A stretch of 33,397 nucleotides of DNA from a virus. Its lineage: Duplodnaviria > Caudoviricetes. Below the pieces are notes generated by a model. That model did no database searches, was not told the DNA's origin, and saw only the letters and a program-made list of their open reading frames with translations. Made by a program: the position numbers and the translations under genes. This document shows positions 9,165 through 18,418 of the stretch, in pieces. The stretch's first letter is position 1, and each line of letters begins with the position of its first letter. Location: positions 1 through 33,397 of IMG/VR virus record IMGVR_UViG_3300016666_000113, one strand, 5' to 3'.

Positions 9165-9469
9165 AGTTGTCCTGGTCGAGTTCTGAAAAACCGATTATCA
9201 GGGTTATTTAGGAAGTCACGAAATCTTTTTTCATCAACTACGGCAAAACCTCGCATGATTCCCTGTTTATTTAGGTCATCAATCACAACATTAGGGATAC
9301 TGGCGACTTTCGCCCACTCCCCCCACTTGGCACGTTCATCCGTAGCGTTGAACTGAGCCTTGTTGCTCTCCAAAATACCAGAAATATCCTGCTTAGTCTC
9401 AATGAAATGCTTTCCATCGAGGTCGTGGAAATTAGTCTCTTTACCGTTCTGTGATGCAATGTGGCGCAT
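9161..9469 (-). CDS. Conserved hypothetical protein following the capsid gene
   Basis: 102 aa; QDISGILE.NK, VASIP, FLNNPDNRFFRT; ATGA overlap with the GT gene. Confidence 0.7.
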   Translation of the reverse strand: MRHIASQNGKETNFHDLDGKHFIETKQDISGILESNKAQFNATDERAKWGEWAKVASIPNVVIDDLNKQGIMRGFAVVDEKRFRDFLNNPDNRFFRTRPGQL

Positions 9470-9495
9470 AAAAGAAGGGGGGTGATTAGCCCCCC
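9470..9495 (-). terminator. Rho-independent terminator after the major capsid gene
   Basis: GGGGGG-CTAATCA-CCCCCC followed by TTCTTTT, a few nt after the capsid stop codon. Confidence 0.75.
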
Positions 9496-9501
9496 GTGTG
9501 A

Positions 9502-10452
9502 TTAAGATGTAGACAAGTCAGCAGCGATACCGTGGGCTGCTTCGTTACGCATCTCCAAAGTCAACTCGGCCAAAATCTGAGTTTTCTCTGCGTCACCAGC
9601 TTTTGCCAATTCGTTTGTGGCGAATGGGCGCAAGTAAGCAACTGCTGCGTATTCTGGGTCAAGCACCAGAGCGTCACGGGTACGCATGAAGCGTGATGGA
9701 ACCACAGAAATAGTGCCGAAATCGCTCATGTAAACGTCAGCAGCACCGATAATGGTTGTTGGCTCGTTAGAAGGAGCCATGTAACGCTGTGCTGCGATAC
9801 CAGCGAAACCAGAAACGGTTTGCTTTTGGAATGGGCCAACCATTAAAATCTTGGGGTTGCCGCCAGAAGAGTAAACCTTCTGAACCACATCCTTCAAGAT
9901 GGTTTCGGTGAAAGCACGTTGAGTGCCGTCTGTACGGGTAGACACACCGATAGTGGTGGGGTCAACGCCAGCGGTAGTGCCAGAAGATTTGCTAGTGTTG
10001 GTCTTAATCCAAGACAACATAGCGCCCAACTGACGAGCAGTAGAAGCATCACCAGCAGAACGGCCTTGGTTGGCAGTCAAGATGGTTTCAATGTCACGCT
10101 TCAACTCGGCAGAGGCTTTGCTCAACTGATAGGCTTTTTCTGACTTACGACCTGCTTTGTCAACAGCTTCCAAAGTGCCAGAAATCTTGATAGTTTTCTG
10201 AACGATCTGGGTGTAGTTGCCCAAACGGGTAGTAGGCGACATGGTAGCGTCAGAGGCGTCTGCACCTTCCACAGCGGCGTTGTTGGTGGTAGCGGCAGCC
10301 AAGCTGTCGGTTTGCCACTCATGGTATACGCCAGTAGCTTTGCCACGAGCCAAAGAGTTCAACAGAGGTGTGTCTGTGGGGCTGATGTTATAAATAACAT
10401 CCGAGAGGTCTTCACGCTGACCGATAGCGGTATATGTTTGATATGTTGCCAT
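9502..10452 (-). CDS. Major capsid protein (HK97 fold, DUF5309/SU10-like)
   Basis: 316 aa; GQREDLSDVIYNISPTDTP, HEWQTDSL, NYTQIVQK, ELKRDIE, YMSDFG; AAGGA SD; follows scaffold. Confidence 0.9.
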   Translation of the reverse strand: MATYQTYTAIGQREDLSDVIYNISPTDTPLLNSLARGKATGVYHEWQTDSLAAATTNNAAVEGADASDATMSPTTRLGNYTQIVQKTIKISGTLEAVDKAGRKSEKAYQLSKASAELKRDIETILTANQGRSAGDASTARQLGAMLSWIKTNTSKSSGTTAGVDPTTIGVSTRTDGTQRAFTETILKDVVQKVYSSGGNPKILMVGPFQKQTVSGFAGIAAQRYMAPSNEPTTIIGAADVYMSDFGTISVVPSRFMRTRDALVLDPEYAAVAYLRPFATNELAKAGDAEKTQILAELTLEMRNEAAHGIAADLSTS

Positions 10453-10461
10453 TTTGATTCC

Positions 10462-11406
10462 TTAGAGAAATTTTTCAAAGAGTGCGGCTGCATCACGGAC
10501 TTTGCCAGTTTGACGCAAACGCTGTTGCAATTTTTTGTTCTGTTCTGCCTCTGCATTTCGTGGCACAGAAGTTCCAGCTTTCATTACCTTCGGAGCGGCC
10601 TCGACCTTCTTTGTGATCGCAGGTTTATTGCTCTGAAGTTTTGCGTACTTCATGCCCTGATACAGACTCAAAACAGCCCTAGAGTCATATAGGTTTGCAA
10701 GCTCTTGGTCACTCCACCCGATTGACTTGGCGTATTCACGAATATCCTTACGGATTTGATCGCCAGCCTTGGGGTCACCGTAACCAGGAATCAGGTTAGT
10801 CAACTTTTGACTTTCTTCAGCGAGATGCTGCTGTAAACGCTCAGATTGCTCGGCTTGTTGCTGTTGGGCAATGCGTTGCTGCTCTTGTTGCAGAATAGCT
10901 AACTGTTTCTCTCTCTGCGCCTGTTCAGCGACTTTTACGGCATAACCGATAGGGTCGCTTTCCTTTAGTGCTTCCAAATTTTCACCCTTGTTCTGTTGCT
11001 GGAGAAATTGCTCCATCATTTGCAGACGTTGGGCGTACTGATCTCTTAATTTTGTCGCTTCCTGAATCTTCGCTCTTTCGGCTTCCACCGCTTTGCGTTC
11101 TTCAGCAAGTTTCTGGGTTTTCTTGGTGTAATCCGCACCTAATTGGTAGCCCTCAATAAGTTCTGTCTCAGTTACTTCCCTTTCCTCACCTGCGGCTTTC
11201 ACCTTGAAGGTACGGGTAGGCTGTTCTTGAACTTCTTCAGAATCTACCAACTCTGGTTCAGAGTCCTCAACATATTCCTCGACAGTTTCCTCAGTTTCGG
11301 GTTGGCTCTCGGCTCCCTCTGCTGATTCCATCATGCCCAAAAATGCTGCTGCGGCTGTGTCCACCGTCAGCGTTCCACTTCCTTGCGGAGTCGTGTTTTC
11401 GCTCAT
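10462..11406 (-). CDS. Capsid scaffolding protein
   Basis: 314 aa; acidic N-terminus, GYQLGADYTKKTQKLAEERK, long Gln-rich coiled coil, C-terminal TGKVRDAAALF; directly upstream of capsid gene. Confidence 0.85.
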   Translation of the reverse strand: MSENTTPQGSGTLTVDTAAAAFLGMMESAEGAESQPETEETVEEYVEDSEPELVDSEEVQEQPTRTFKVKAAGEEREVTETELIEGYQLGADYTKKTQKLAEERKAVEAERAKIQEATKLRDQYAQRLQMMEQFLQQQNKGENLEALKESDPIGYAVKVAEQAQREKQLAILQQEQQRIAQQQQAEQSERLQQHLAEESQKLTNLIPGYGDPKAGDQIRKDIREYAKSIGWSDQELANLYDSRAVLSLYQGMKYAKLQSNKPAITKKVEAAPKVMKAGTSVPRNAEAEQNKKLQQRLRQTGKVRDAAALFEKFL

Positions 11407-11449
11407 TTGATTCCCAAATTGTCAGCCTAAACGGTAGGCCACCGCCTCG

Positions 11450-11680
11450 TTAGAGGATTTTCCAACGCTTTTTGATTATTTCGCTTGTTGCAGCCAAACT
11501 CTCAAAATGCGCTATGACCGATTGTAATGCGTTTATTTTCAAATACGCAACTTCTCGTTCATCAATATTGTGAGGCTGAGAATTGACGATCACCGCCAGT
11601 TCTGCGTTCTTCAAAACCTCAAGCTCTCCCATGAAAAAGTCATCGGAGATTAGATTCTTAGCCCGTTGTGCTTTGTCCAA
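11450..11680 (-). CDS. Small conserved protein upstream of scaffold
   Basis: 76 aa helical; EREVAY motif; common portal-to-scaffold position. Confidence 0.65.
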   Translation of the reverse strand: MDKAQRAKNLISDDFFMGELEVLKNAELAVIVNSQPHNIDEREVAYLKINALQSVIAHFESLAATSEIIKKRWKIL

Positions 11681-12431
11681 GGATTGACCCCACTATTTGA
11701 TTTAAGTCCACAGGAGACCCCATTGGAGTCTGTCTGCCAGCAGCGAACAATTCATTAAACGTCTGCGCTTGAGGCATATTCTGCCATTGAGTACCCTGAA
11801 GGGAAACGCCTGGGAATAAGTCCTCAAAAGTCACATTCTGAACGGGAGTGTAGGTGTATTCTGGAGACTTCCAATCCTCTGGGATAGGGACTTGGGCAAA
11901 TCCACTCTGGGCGAATGTATTAGCACCACTACCCGTTACATCACTTAATCCAAGAGGGTCGCCAGTTATAGCGTTAACCAATAAACCAGCCCTCGCCATG
12001 TCCAAACCTTCTTTTAAGGTCAGCCCTTTTGCGGCGGCAGAAGTCGCAAAAACTGGCGATGCAGAGTTAGCCAAATCAATGGCGGCAGCATCCCAAGCGG
12101 CATTTTCTGCGGCTATTCGGGCGGCTTGTTCAGCGGCAATTTGTTCAGCGGCGGCGGTAGCAGCGGCATCAGCGGCGGCTACATCAGCGCCAGCAGCCAT
12201 AGTAGCCCCGTCTGCGCTAATGTAGGCGTTTATCTCAGGAGAATAATAGTAACCAGCGGCTAATAATGCGGCAGTAGTCCAACCGCCTGGCAACTGCTCA
12301 CGAACGGTTTGATCTATTTGTTTGCCAACATCTTTAACCGTATCAATAGCGCCTTGACCTATTTCGCCACCTGATTCGATTGCATTGCTGATAATCCTGA
12401 CAGGATTAAGACGACCTAAACCAAGCCCCAT
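11658..12431 (-). CDS. Ala-rich hypothetical protein between portal and scaffold (possible internal virion protein)
   Basis: 257 aa, AAGGGG SD, long Ala-rich helix, Gly-rich hydrophobic segments. Confidence 0.6.
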   Translation of the reverse strand: MGLGLGRLNPVRIISNAIESGGEIGQGAIDTVKDVGKQIDQTVREQLPGGWTTAALLAAGYYYSPEINAYISADGATMAAGADVAAADAAATAAAEQIAAEQAARIAAENAAWDAAAIDLANSASPVFATSAAAKGLTLKEGLDMARAGLLVNAITGDPLGLSDVTGSGANTFAQSGFAQVPIPEDWKSPEYTYTPVQNVTFEDLFPGVSLQGTQWQNMPQAQTFNELFAAGRQTPMGSPVDLNQIVGSILGQSTTG

Positions 12432-12441
12432 ATCGTTCCCC

Positions 12442-14523
12442 TTAACCTGGTATTTCTACGTTAGAAGTGATGCCAGCACCAACCTTCATGGCTTTCATTT
12501 GAGCCTCTGCCAAGAATTCCTCTTGTTTCAGAGCCAACTGTGCTGCGGCTTTTTCACGCTCTAGTTGAATCTGAGCCGTGTTCTTTTCACGCATGAGTTG
12601 TAGGTCAGCGATTGCCTTTTGTTGGGCTAACTCAATGTCAGCTTGCGCCTTCATTTGTTGAGCCTGAATATCCGCTTGGGTCTTAGCCATGTAAGCCTGA
12701 ACCTCTGGCGGCATTTGCGGCTGTTGAGGTTGAGGATTGGCGAGAGCCTGATCTTGCTCTGGAGTGATGGGTTTATAGAATTCGGCAGAATCCTTAAATC
12801 CTGCGGCTTCAACCATCCGACCAAGAGTATTACGGTACTGACCCATAGAAACCAACGGATTAGCTGGCCCCATTTGTCCGAGAACTTGCTCTTGTTTGGC
12901 GAGAACCATATTCAGCATCGCCATTTGTTCTTGGCGGTTTCCTGCGCCCAGACCCACGTTAATGTCCACATCGTACTGATTTGACCACTCACGGGGGTCA
13001 AAAGACACATACTGACCACGCATCCGAACGATACGAGCCTTATCTTGGTACTTACAGAGAAGATGCAAGATGCCTTGGAACAGAGATTTAACGCCTGTCT
13101 CAGCAAAGATTCGGGCAATCATCTCAATCTTGCCAGCGGCAGACTGTTGCATAGACGCAACAGCAGCGGCAGTCACGTTTTGAAGGATAGACGGGTCAAG
13201 ACCCTGAGAAGCCTCTGTAACCCCTGTGCGCTTTTGTTGGATTGAGTCCAAATATTGAAGCATCGGGAAGGCTTGTTGCGCCACAGGCTGAACGGCTAAC
13301 TGTTGAACAGCGCCTTGGGATTTAATCCGCACTACGCCGCCAGCAGTAGCTGTCAGAAGGTCATCTAAGTTAACTTGACCATCCACCGCTGTCACACGGG
13401 CGTTGTTCGTCAGATACAGATTATCCAAGATTTGACGAGTGATCGTGGTCTTGATTAACTGCAAGTCCATAGTCCTGTCAGCGAGAGATTCGCCAAAGAA
13501 CTTGTGTGGAGTTGGAATTGGGCAGAGTGAGTGGAAAGGAATGTAGTCAGTCTCTTCGTCACTCAGGATTTCGTTTGAGGCGTAAAAGACTTGGCGCAGT
13601 TCAGCAATACCGTCACCGTCAATATCGGCTGTGACATAGCACTCGAAAACCTCAATAGTCTCCATTGACTCATCGGCTGAGATTCCATCGTCAGGATTCT
13701 CGCCAGGTGCAACACGGGCTAGGTACTCAGGTGAGTAAGTCAGCGCACTAGAGGCTTGGAGTCCGTTCACAACGTCTTTATCAAAGCCCATTGCGATCAA
13801 GTCGCTACGGGTGATTAAGCGGCGATGAGCGACAAAAGGCGCATCCTGTGGGCTTTTCTTGGCTCGTTTAGAGATGAGGAATTCTTCAGGCGGCACGTTC
13901 TCAACGACAACACGACCTGATTTTTTCTTCTTTTTAACCACTACGGTATTCGAGGAATACATCACAGGCTGACCCATTGGGTCTAGAACTGGATTACCCG
14001 CAGGGTCTTTAAGTTCGTTCTCTACAACCTCTTTCTCAACGATCTCCATCGTGTCATCAGAGAGAAGCATCGCTAACTCATCATCAGACAAGTCACGATA
14101 TTTTTCTTTGGTTACATCCTCTTTATCTTCCCAATAGGCTTTAACGACACCTACCTTTTGGAGTAGGGCATCCTTAAACCAATCGTGCATGATGATTACG
14201 CCAGCGTTATCACGCATGAACACCCAATTACAGTATTCAGTCGCTTGCTTGGCTCCAGCCTCATCTTGTGGGCCACGAGGGTCGAATCTCACAACCTCAT
14301 CAGACGATGAGAAGATACGCACCAAAGGTGGCAAAGCACCATCCACCGCTTCAGCGACTTCGCCAGTTACGATGGATGATTTACCCTCGACTTCATTTCC
14401 GAGTGGTTGGCGTAGATAAAAGGATAGTGCGTCTGTGCGCTGTTGAGTCGTTTCGGTTTCTAGGAATCCGATGGAGTTATCAATTTCCGATTCCAGTATC
14501 GACTTCAGTTTGTCTTGGCTCAT
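12442..14523 (-). CDS. Portal protein (P22-like, long C-terminal barrel)
   Basis: About 693 aa from ATG 14523 (MSQDKLK; the track start at 14613 overlaps the upstream gene); WFKDALLQKVGVVK, VPPEEFLIS, PHKFFGES, Gln-rich coiled-coil C-terminus; follows terL. Confidence 0.9.
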   Translation of the reverse strand: MSQDKLKSILESEIDNSIGFLETETTQQRTDALSFYLRQPLGNEVEGKSSIVTGEVAEAVDGALPPLVRIFSSSDEVVRFDPRGPQDEAGAKQATEYCNWVFMRDNAGVIIMHDWFKDALLQKVGVVKAYWEDKEDVTKEKYRDLSDDELAMLLSDDTMEIVEKEVVENELKDPAGNPVLDPMGQPVMYSSNTVVVKKKKKSGRVVVENVPPEEFLISKRAKKSPQDAPFVAHRRLITRSDLIAMGFDKDVVNGLQASSALTYSPEYLARVAPGENPDDGISADESMETIEVFECYVTADIDGDGIAELRQVFYASNEILSDEETDYIPFHSLCPIPTPHKFFGESLADRTMDLQLIKTTITRQILDNLYLTNNARVTAVDGQVNLDDLLTATAGGVVRIKSQGAVQQLAVQPVAQQAFPMLQYLDSIQQKRTGVTEASQGLDPSILQNVTAAAVASMQQSAAGKIEMIARIFAETGVKSLFQGILHLLCKYQDKARIVRMRGQYVSFDPREWSNQYDVDINVGLGAGNRQEQMAMLNMVLAKQEQVLGQMGPANPLVSMGQYRNTLGRMVEAAGFKDSAEFYKPITPEQDQALANPQPQQPQMPPEVQAYMAKTQADIQAQQMKAQADIELAQQKAIADLQLMREKNTAQIQLEREKAAAQLALKQEEFLAEAQMKAMKVGAGITSNVEIPG

Positions 14524-14686
14524 CTTTAACCTTTGGCGGTCTGCCCAATCGTGGGCGTTGCTCTGATTGTAGCGGTTTCGCAACATTTTCAAGCATTTCG
14601 ACCCGTTTTTCAAGGTTGAGAATTAACTCTTCTAGACGAGCAATCTTTTTGGCATCGGCTATATCGCCTTGTCTGAGCATATACAT
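14480..14686 (-). CDS. Small coiled-coil protein with AT-hook-like GRPPK motif
   Basis: 68 aa from ATG 14686, coupled to the terL stop (TAATG); LEELILNLEKRVEMLE heptads; RLGRPPK. Confidence 0.65.
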   Translation of the reverse strand: MYMLRQGDIADAKKIARLEELILNLEKRVEMLENVAKPLQSEQRPRLGRPPKVKDEPRQTEVDTGIGN

Positions 14687-15942
14687 TAAATGACCCATTT
14701 CGGTGGTTGGTTGATAGATTTACCCCATGAAGAACCCTCATCGAGTCCAATCGCAAGGTAGCGGAAAGCGTCTGAGCCGTGGCTTGACCAATCGTGTAAA
14801 GGTCTGTCGTAAAAGACTTTCCTCTTTTCATCGTACTCACGGCGATAGTTTCTCAGGCAGTCTAGACCGATCTTTACGCTAGGAACGTTAAACCAGCATC
14901 TCGGCAGAAGGCGGCGAACAGCCTGAATCCCATCGTCTACGCTCATTCTCGGAGCGACCCTGACGTTTAATCCAGCCTCTTGTAAGACTTCTAATCGGCT
15001 CTTTCCTGAACCCAATTCCCTTACCTGAACGTCATGGGGCAGGATTTGCTCGGCAGTCGCCCAATTATTCTCTCTCAGCCATGTGACGTATTTATCCAGC
15101 CCAACCCCATTGTTTTCGTAGTAGTCCATCAAGCGAATCTCTGAACCAGCGATCTGAGCCACCCAAATAGCTGTCGAGTCCCCCATTCCTAAGTCCCAAG
15201 CGCAGACCGTTCGGCACAGGTCATCCCTTGGAATCTCTTGAATGTGATTCTTTGTCTCTAGGTCGTTAATGATTTGCCCGTAGTAAGAACCCTCTACGGC
15301 AGCGTTAAACGAACATTCAAATTCCTGAAGATACTTATCCTCACCCATCTCGGACTTGGCAGCGTCTAATTCAGACTGAGCAATTACCCCTGTCTGACTA
15401 GCCTTGAACTCCAAAAGCCCCCAACCATCCTCTGTTTCGGCTCTGTCTCTCAAGTCCTTAAAGTGGTTGTGACCCTTTGGCGTACCGATAAACAAACACC
15501 ATCCCAGACGGTCAGCTAGGGCAGGTCGGATAATGTCAGTCCAAATCTTTGGGTTTTGGTCGCCAATCTCATCAAGAATCACCCCGTCAAAGTATTGACC
15601 CCGTAAGGCTTCTGGATTGTCAGAGCCGTAAAGCTGAATCCTTCGACCCCAGAAGTCAACCCGCAATTCAGAGATGTTCTGTGTCCCACCCAAAGGAGTG
15701 GAGTATTTAACAAGGTAGTCCCATGCCACCCGCTTGGCTTGTCCGTAAGTCGGGGCGATATAAGCATATCGAGGCGCTTCCTTTTGGTTCAGGATAGCCG
15801 CCTTGATAATGTGGTTGATCGCTGAGACAGTCTTGCCCATCCTTCGATGAGCCACTACGACAGTAAACCGCTTGTTGTCTATCAGGTCGTGGATTTGGCT
15901 TTGCTGTTCTCTAGGCGAATATGGAATGACTATTTCGCCCAT
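14686..15942 (-). CDS. terL: Terminase large subunit
   Basis: 418 aa; Walker A HRRMGKT, APTYGQAK, LRG..FDGVILDE (Walker B), FIGTPKG, nuclease WDLG..DST and HGSDAFRY. Confidence 0.95.
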   Translation of the reverse strand: MGEIVIPYSPREQQSQIHDLIDNKRFTVVVAHRRMGKTVSAINHIIKAAILNQKEAPRYAYIAPTYGQAKRVAWDYLVKYSTPLGGTQNISELRVDFWGRRIQLYGSDNPEALRGQYFDGVILDEIGDQNPKIWTDIIRPALADRLGWCLFIGTPKGHNHFKDLRDRAETEDGWGLLEFKASQTGVIAQSELDAAKSEMGEDKYLQEFECSFNAAVEGSYYGQIINDLETKNHIQEIPRDDLCRTVCAWDLGMGDSTAIWVAQIAGSEIRLMDYYENNGVGLDKYVTWLRENNWATAEQILPHDVQVRELGSGKSRLEVLQEAGLNVRVAPRMSVDDGIQAVRRLLPRCWFNVPSVKIGLDCLRNYRREYDEKRKVFYDRPLHDWSSHGSDAFRYLAIGLDEGSSWGKSINQPPKWVI

Positions 15943-16247
15943 GTGACCTTAAGTTCAATGGGTTTGTCAGAGTCGCCTGTGACCTCAGTTCTTGAGAGTT
16001 TAGGAGCAGCGTACTCTGCTAACTTAGCCAACATATCTAATGCTCGGTAAGGGTCTGGTTTGCGGTCTTTAGTCTCATCACCGTTAGCAACCTCAGAAAG
16101 CCATTTAGCCACGTTTTCACGGTTATCCTCTAGCAGAGCCTTAACCGTGTCTCTAAACTCGCTGGTGGTTCGATTAACCGCCCCCTTGGGTCTGCCTCGA
16201 CCCTTTTGGGCTTCAAACCCAGAATTTCTTTCCCGTATTTTATTCAT
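15930..16247 (-). CDS. terS: Terminase small subunit
   Basis: About 105 aa; GRPKGAVN motif, EYAAPKLSRTEVTG..DKPI C-terminus; overlaps terL start. Confidence 0.75.
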   Translation of the reverse strand: MNKIRERNSGFEAQKGRGRPKGAVNRTTSEFRDTVKALLEDNRENVAKWLSEVANGDETKDRKPDPYRALDMLAKLAEYAAPKLSRTEVTGDSDKPIELKVTWAK

Positions 16248-16287
16248 GCTTACCAATTCCTTACGGCTCGTTGGTTATAACTAACAC

Positions 16288-16536
16288 TTACCACTTAACT
16301 TTGTCAGCCCAATATGCTGCGCTCATTTTCCCTTTGGCTATGTTTTTGGCGTGTCGTGCCTTAAATGCCTCGTTACGCTTAGAGCCATCAGGGGAACCTT
16401 TTACACCCTGCTGACCGAAACGGATAAGTTTCACCTCATCACCTGACTTTGCCAAGACTGCGTGGCTTTTTGTCGGGTGGTTAGGCGTTCTCTTTGGTTT
16501 GTTGTAACCAGAAAACTCTTCATTTCCTCGTTTCAT
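16288..16536 (-). CDS. Small basic conserved protein
   Basis: 82 aa, Lys/Arg-rich; KLIRFGQQG, FKARHAKNI, SAAYWADKVKW; ATGA-coupled to the FkbM gene. Confidence 0.75.
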   Translation of the reverse strand: MKRGNEEFSGYNKPKRTPNHPTKSHAVLAKSGDEVKLIRFGQQGVKGSPDGSKRNEAFKARHAKNIAKGKMSAAYWADKVKW

Positions 16537-17162
16537 ACCATCTCCGCAGGGATAAATACGTTGTCAGACCACACTCTCTCTGCAAAAAAGTAGCCTAACT
16601 TCTGAATCATTATAGCGATTTCAGCGTCATCCATGCCGTTTTTGGCTAGTCTTTTCTGCTCGATGATGATAATCGGTCTAGCCCTCATAATCGTGTCAAA
16701 AGCACCCTTTAAGGCGTTTTCCTCAAATCCCTCAACATCCAACTGAATCAGGTCAGGATTGAGATTCAGGCTGTCAATGGTCATCATCGGGATGCCTTCT
16801 TCTGCCTCTTCAATCTGAAGTGCACCGTAGTTTTGACCCTCATCACCCTCTACCGAGCGACAGAATCCAGCTTTGTCTGACAGTCCAGCCTTGTAAATCT
16901 CAACATTTGCCTCGGATACATTCCTTTGAAAGCACTCAAAGTTAATGTCGTTCGGCTCAAATGTCACGACTTTGCTGAAAAGTTCAGCATAAATCTTCGA
17001 CCAAACCCCGCAATTCCCACCCGCATGAATAACCAAATCCCGCTTTGGAACCCACTTCACAAGGTCAGGGATAGCCGCAATCTCTTTGGGAATCCACTCC
17101 CAAGCCTGAACGTCATCTTTAGGCCACCACCAACCATCACGTTGCTCGATCTGCGTATTCAA
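16533..17162 (-). CDS. FkbM-family SAM-dependent methyltransferase
   Basis: HAGGNCGVWS (SAM-binding motif), TFEP...NF, TIDSL, LIQLDVEGFE..ALKG, PIIIIE. Confidence 0.85.
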   Translation of the reverse strand: MNTQIEQRDGWWWPKDDVQAWEWIPKEIAAIPDLVKWVPKRDLVIHAGGNCGVWSKIYAELFSKVVTFEPNDINFECFQRNVSEANVEIYKAGLSDKAGFCRSVEGDEGQNYGALQIEEAEEGIPMMTIDSLNLNPDLIQLDVEGFEENALKGAFDTIMRARPIIIIEQKRLAKNGMDDAEIAIMIQKLGYFFAERVWSDNVFIPAEMV

Positions 17163-17760
17163 TCGTACTCTCCCAAAATTGTGTTGCGAAACAATGCCCG
17201 TTGCCCGTGTAAATCTGCCCTGAGAAGTGCTCTCTGGTGAAATAGTGGGATGGATAGATTGTCAGGGGATATTTGGTCTGAAGAAAGACCTCGGTAATCA
17301 GAACAGGGCCTGTTGACTCCCAAGCCCGTTTATCTGTTACCGTTTCCTTTTGTCGGAGTGTCTCGATACATTGACCGAAAAACGGATTCTCAGGGATTGA
17401 ACCCATGACGCTGACGTTAATCAGCCCAGGTCGGGTTATCTCTTGTTCCCAATGGGCAAAAGCGTCTGGTTTGAGCAACCAATCCTCTAACGGAGAAAGG
17501 CAGACAGAATCAGCATCTAGCGTGATTCCACCTTCGTTATAGAGGATTTCATACCGCATCATGTCGGCAACCCCACACAGTTCGTATTTCGCCATCTCTA
17601 CGATGTGCTTGGCATTAAACCAAGGGTTGCCTTTTAATTCCTCATTGCCCCATATCTTGATCTCGTAATCAGGATTTAGGTTGCGCCATGAGTTTATGCA
17701 ATGGTCTGGGCGTTTGGACTTGTCACCAATCCAGACAAAATGGAGTTTTTTAGGAATCAC
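17137..17760 (-). CDS. GT32/OCH1-like glycosyltransferase (DXD sugar-binding family)
   Basis: IPKKLHFVWIG, SWRNLNPDYE...W, ADMMRYEILYNEGGITLDAD (DxD), TGP..IT; GTG start coupled to upstream stop. Confidence 0.85.
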   Translation of the reverse strand: MIPKKLHFVWIGDKSKRPDHCINSWRNLNPDYEIKIWGNEELKGNPWFNAKHIVEMAKYELCGVADMMRYEILYNEGGITLDADSVCLSPLEDWLLKPDAFAHWEQEITRPGLINVSVMGSIPENPFFGQCIETLRQKETVTDKRAWESTGPVLITEVFLQTKYPLTIYPSHYFTREHFSGQIYTGNGHCFATQFWESTIEYADRAT

Positions 17761-17924
17761 TTAGCTGTTTTGGCTGCTTGCTTAAAGGCTTTGGCAGTAG
17801 GAGCGCCCTTTGTGCCAGGCTTACGCATCTTTTCTGGAGTCTTTCCAGCAGCTTTTTGCTTTTCAATGCGCTCACGCTTTACGTGGATTGCCGCATAGAG
17901 TCCTGGATCACCTGGCTTCTTCAT
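17757..17924 (-). CDS. Small Lys/Ala-rich basic protein (not in ORF track)
   Basis: Manual translation, 55 aa: MKKPGDPGLYAAIHVKRERIEKQKAAGKTPEKMRKPGTKGAPTAKAFKQAAKTAK; ATGA and GTGA overlaps at the two ends. Confidence 0.8.
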   Translation of the reverse strand: MKKPGDPGLYAAIHVKRERIEKQKAAGKTPEKMRKPGTKGAPTAKAFKQAAKTAK

Positions 17925-18418
17925 TTGTATGCTCCAACATTAAGTTGTAGATTTTCATCACCTAAAAATTGTGCAACATCTGCACATAGGCTATAAAAAT
18001 CTTCATAGGAAAAATCAGATTTCATCCTGTTGATTGCTTGGCAGACAAGAATAGTATTTTCAGGCGTGTAACCTATCTTGCTGTCAATTCGCTCAATTGA
18101 AACTGTGTTTAACTTGCCAGCATCAAGCGTCATTTCCCTACCGCTATAAGCACATATCCCGCTTTGATTATGCCAACAATTAACAATGTCAGAAATTTGC
18201 AACGAAAATTCTTGCTTTCGTTTTTCAGAACTTTTCTTTGATGTGTTTATAAAAACTTGCGCCCTGCCCTCAATGGTTGATCGCAATTTTATCCTTGATT
18301 TTGCATTTCCTTCAGAGCAACAAATTTTGCACCAACTATGATACCCATCACTTGTTTGGTTATGGCGAAAAAAAAGTGCAAAGTCTTTTTTCTCTTTGCA
18401 CTTAAAGCAAACCTTCAT
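17921..18418 (-). CDS. HNH-like homing endonuclease with N-terminal Zn finger
   Basis: CFKC...DGYHSWCKIC N-terminus; CAYSG...SIERIDSKIGYTPENTILVCQAINRMKS is a beta-beta-alpha-Me pattern. Confidence 0.75.
   Translation of the reverse strand: MKVCFKCKEKKDFALFFRHNQTSDGYHSWCKICCSEGNAKSRIKLRSTIEGRAQVFINTSKKSSEKRKQEFSLQISDIVNCWHNQSGICAYSGREMTLDAGKLNTVSIERIDSKIGYTPENTILVCQAINRMKSDFSYEDFYSLCADVAQFLGDENLQLNVGAYK

Noticed and set aside
14524-14613. 30-aa N-terminal extension of the portal in the ORF track
   Set aside because: It overlaps a coupled 68-aa gene; ATG 14523 fits the portal better.
2697-14693. Many plus-strand ORFs of 60-140 aa opposite the structural genes
   Set aside because: They are antisense shadows of long minus-strand genes with no recognisable motifs.
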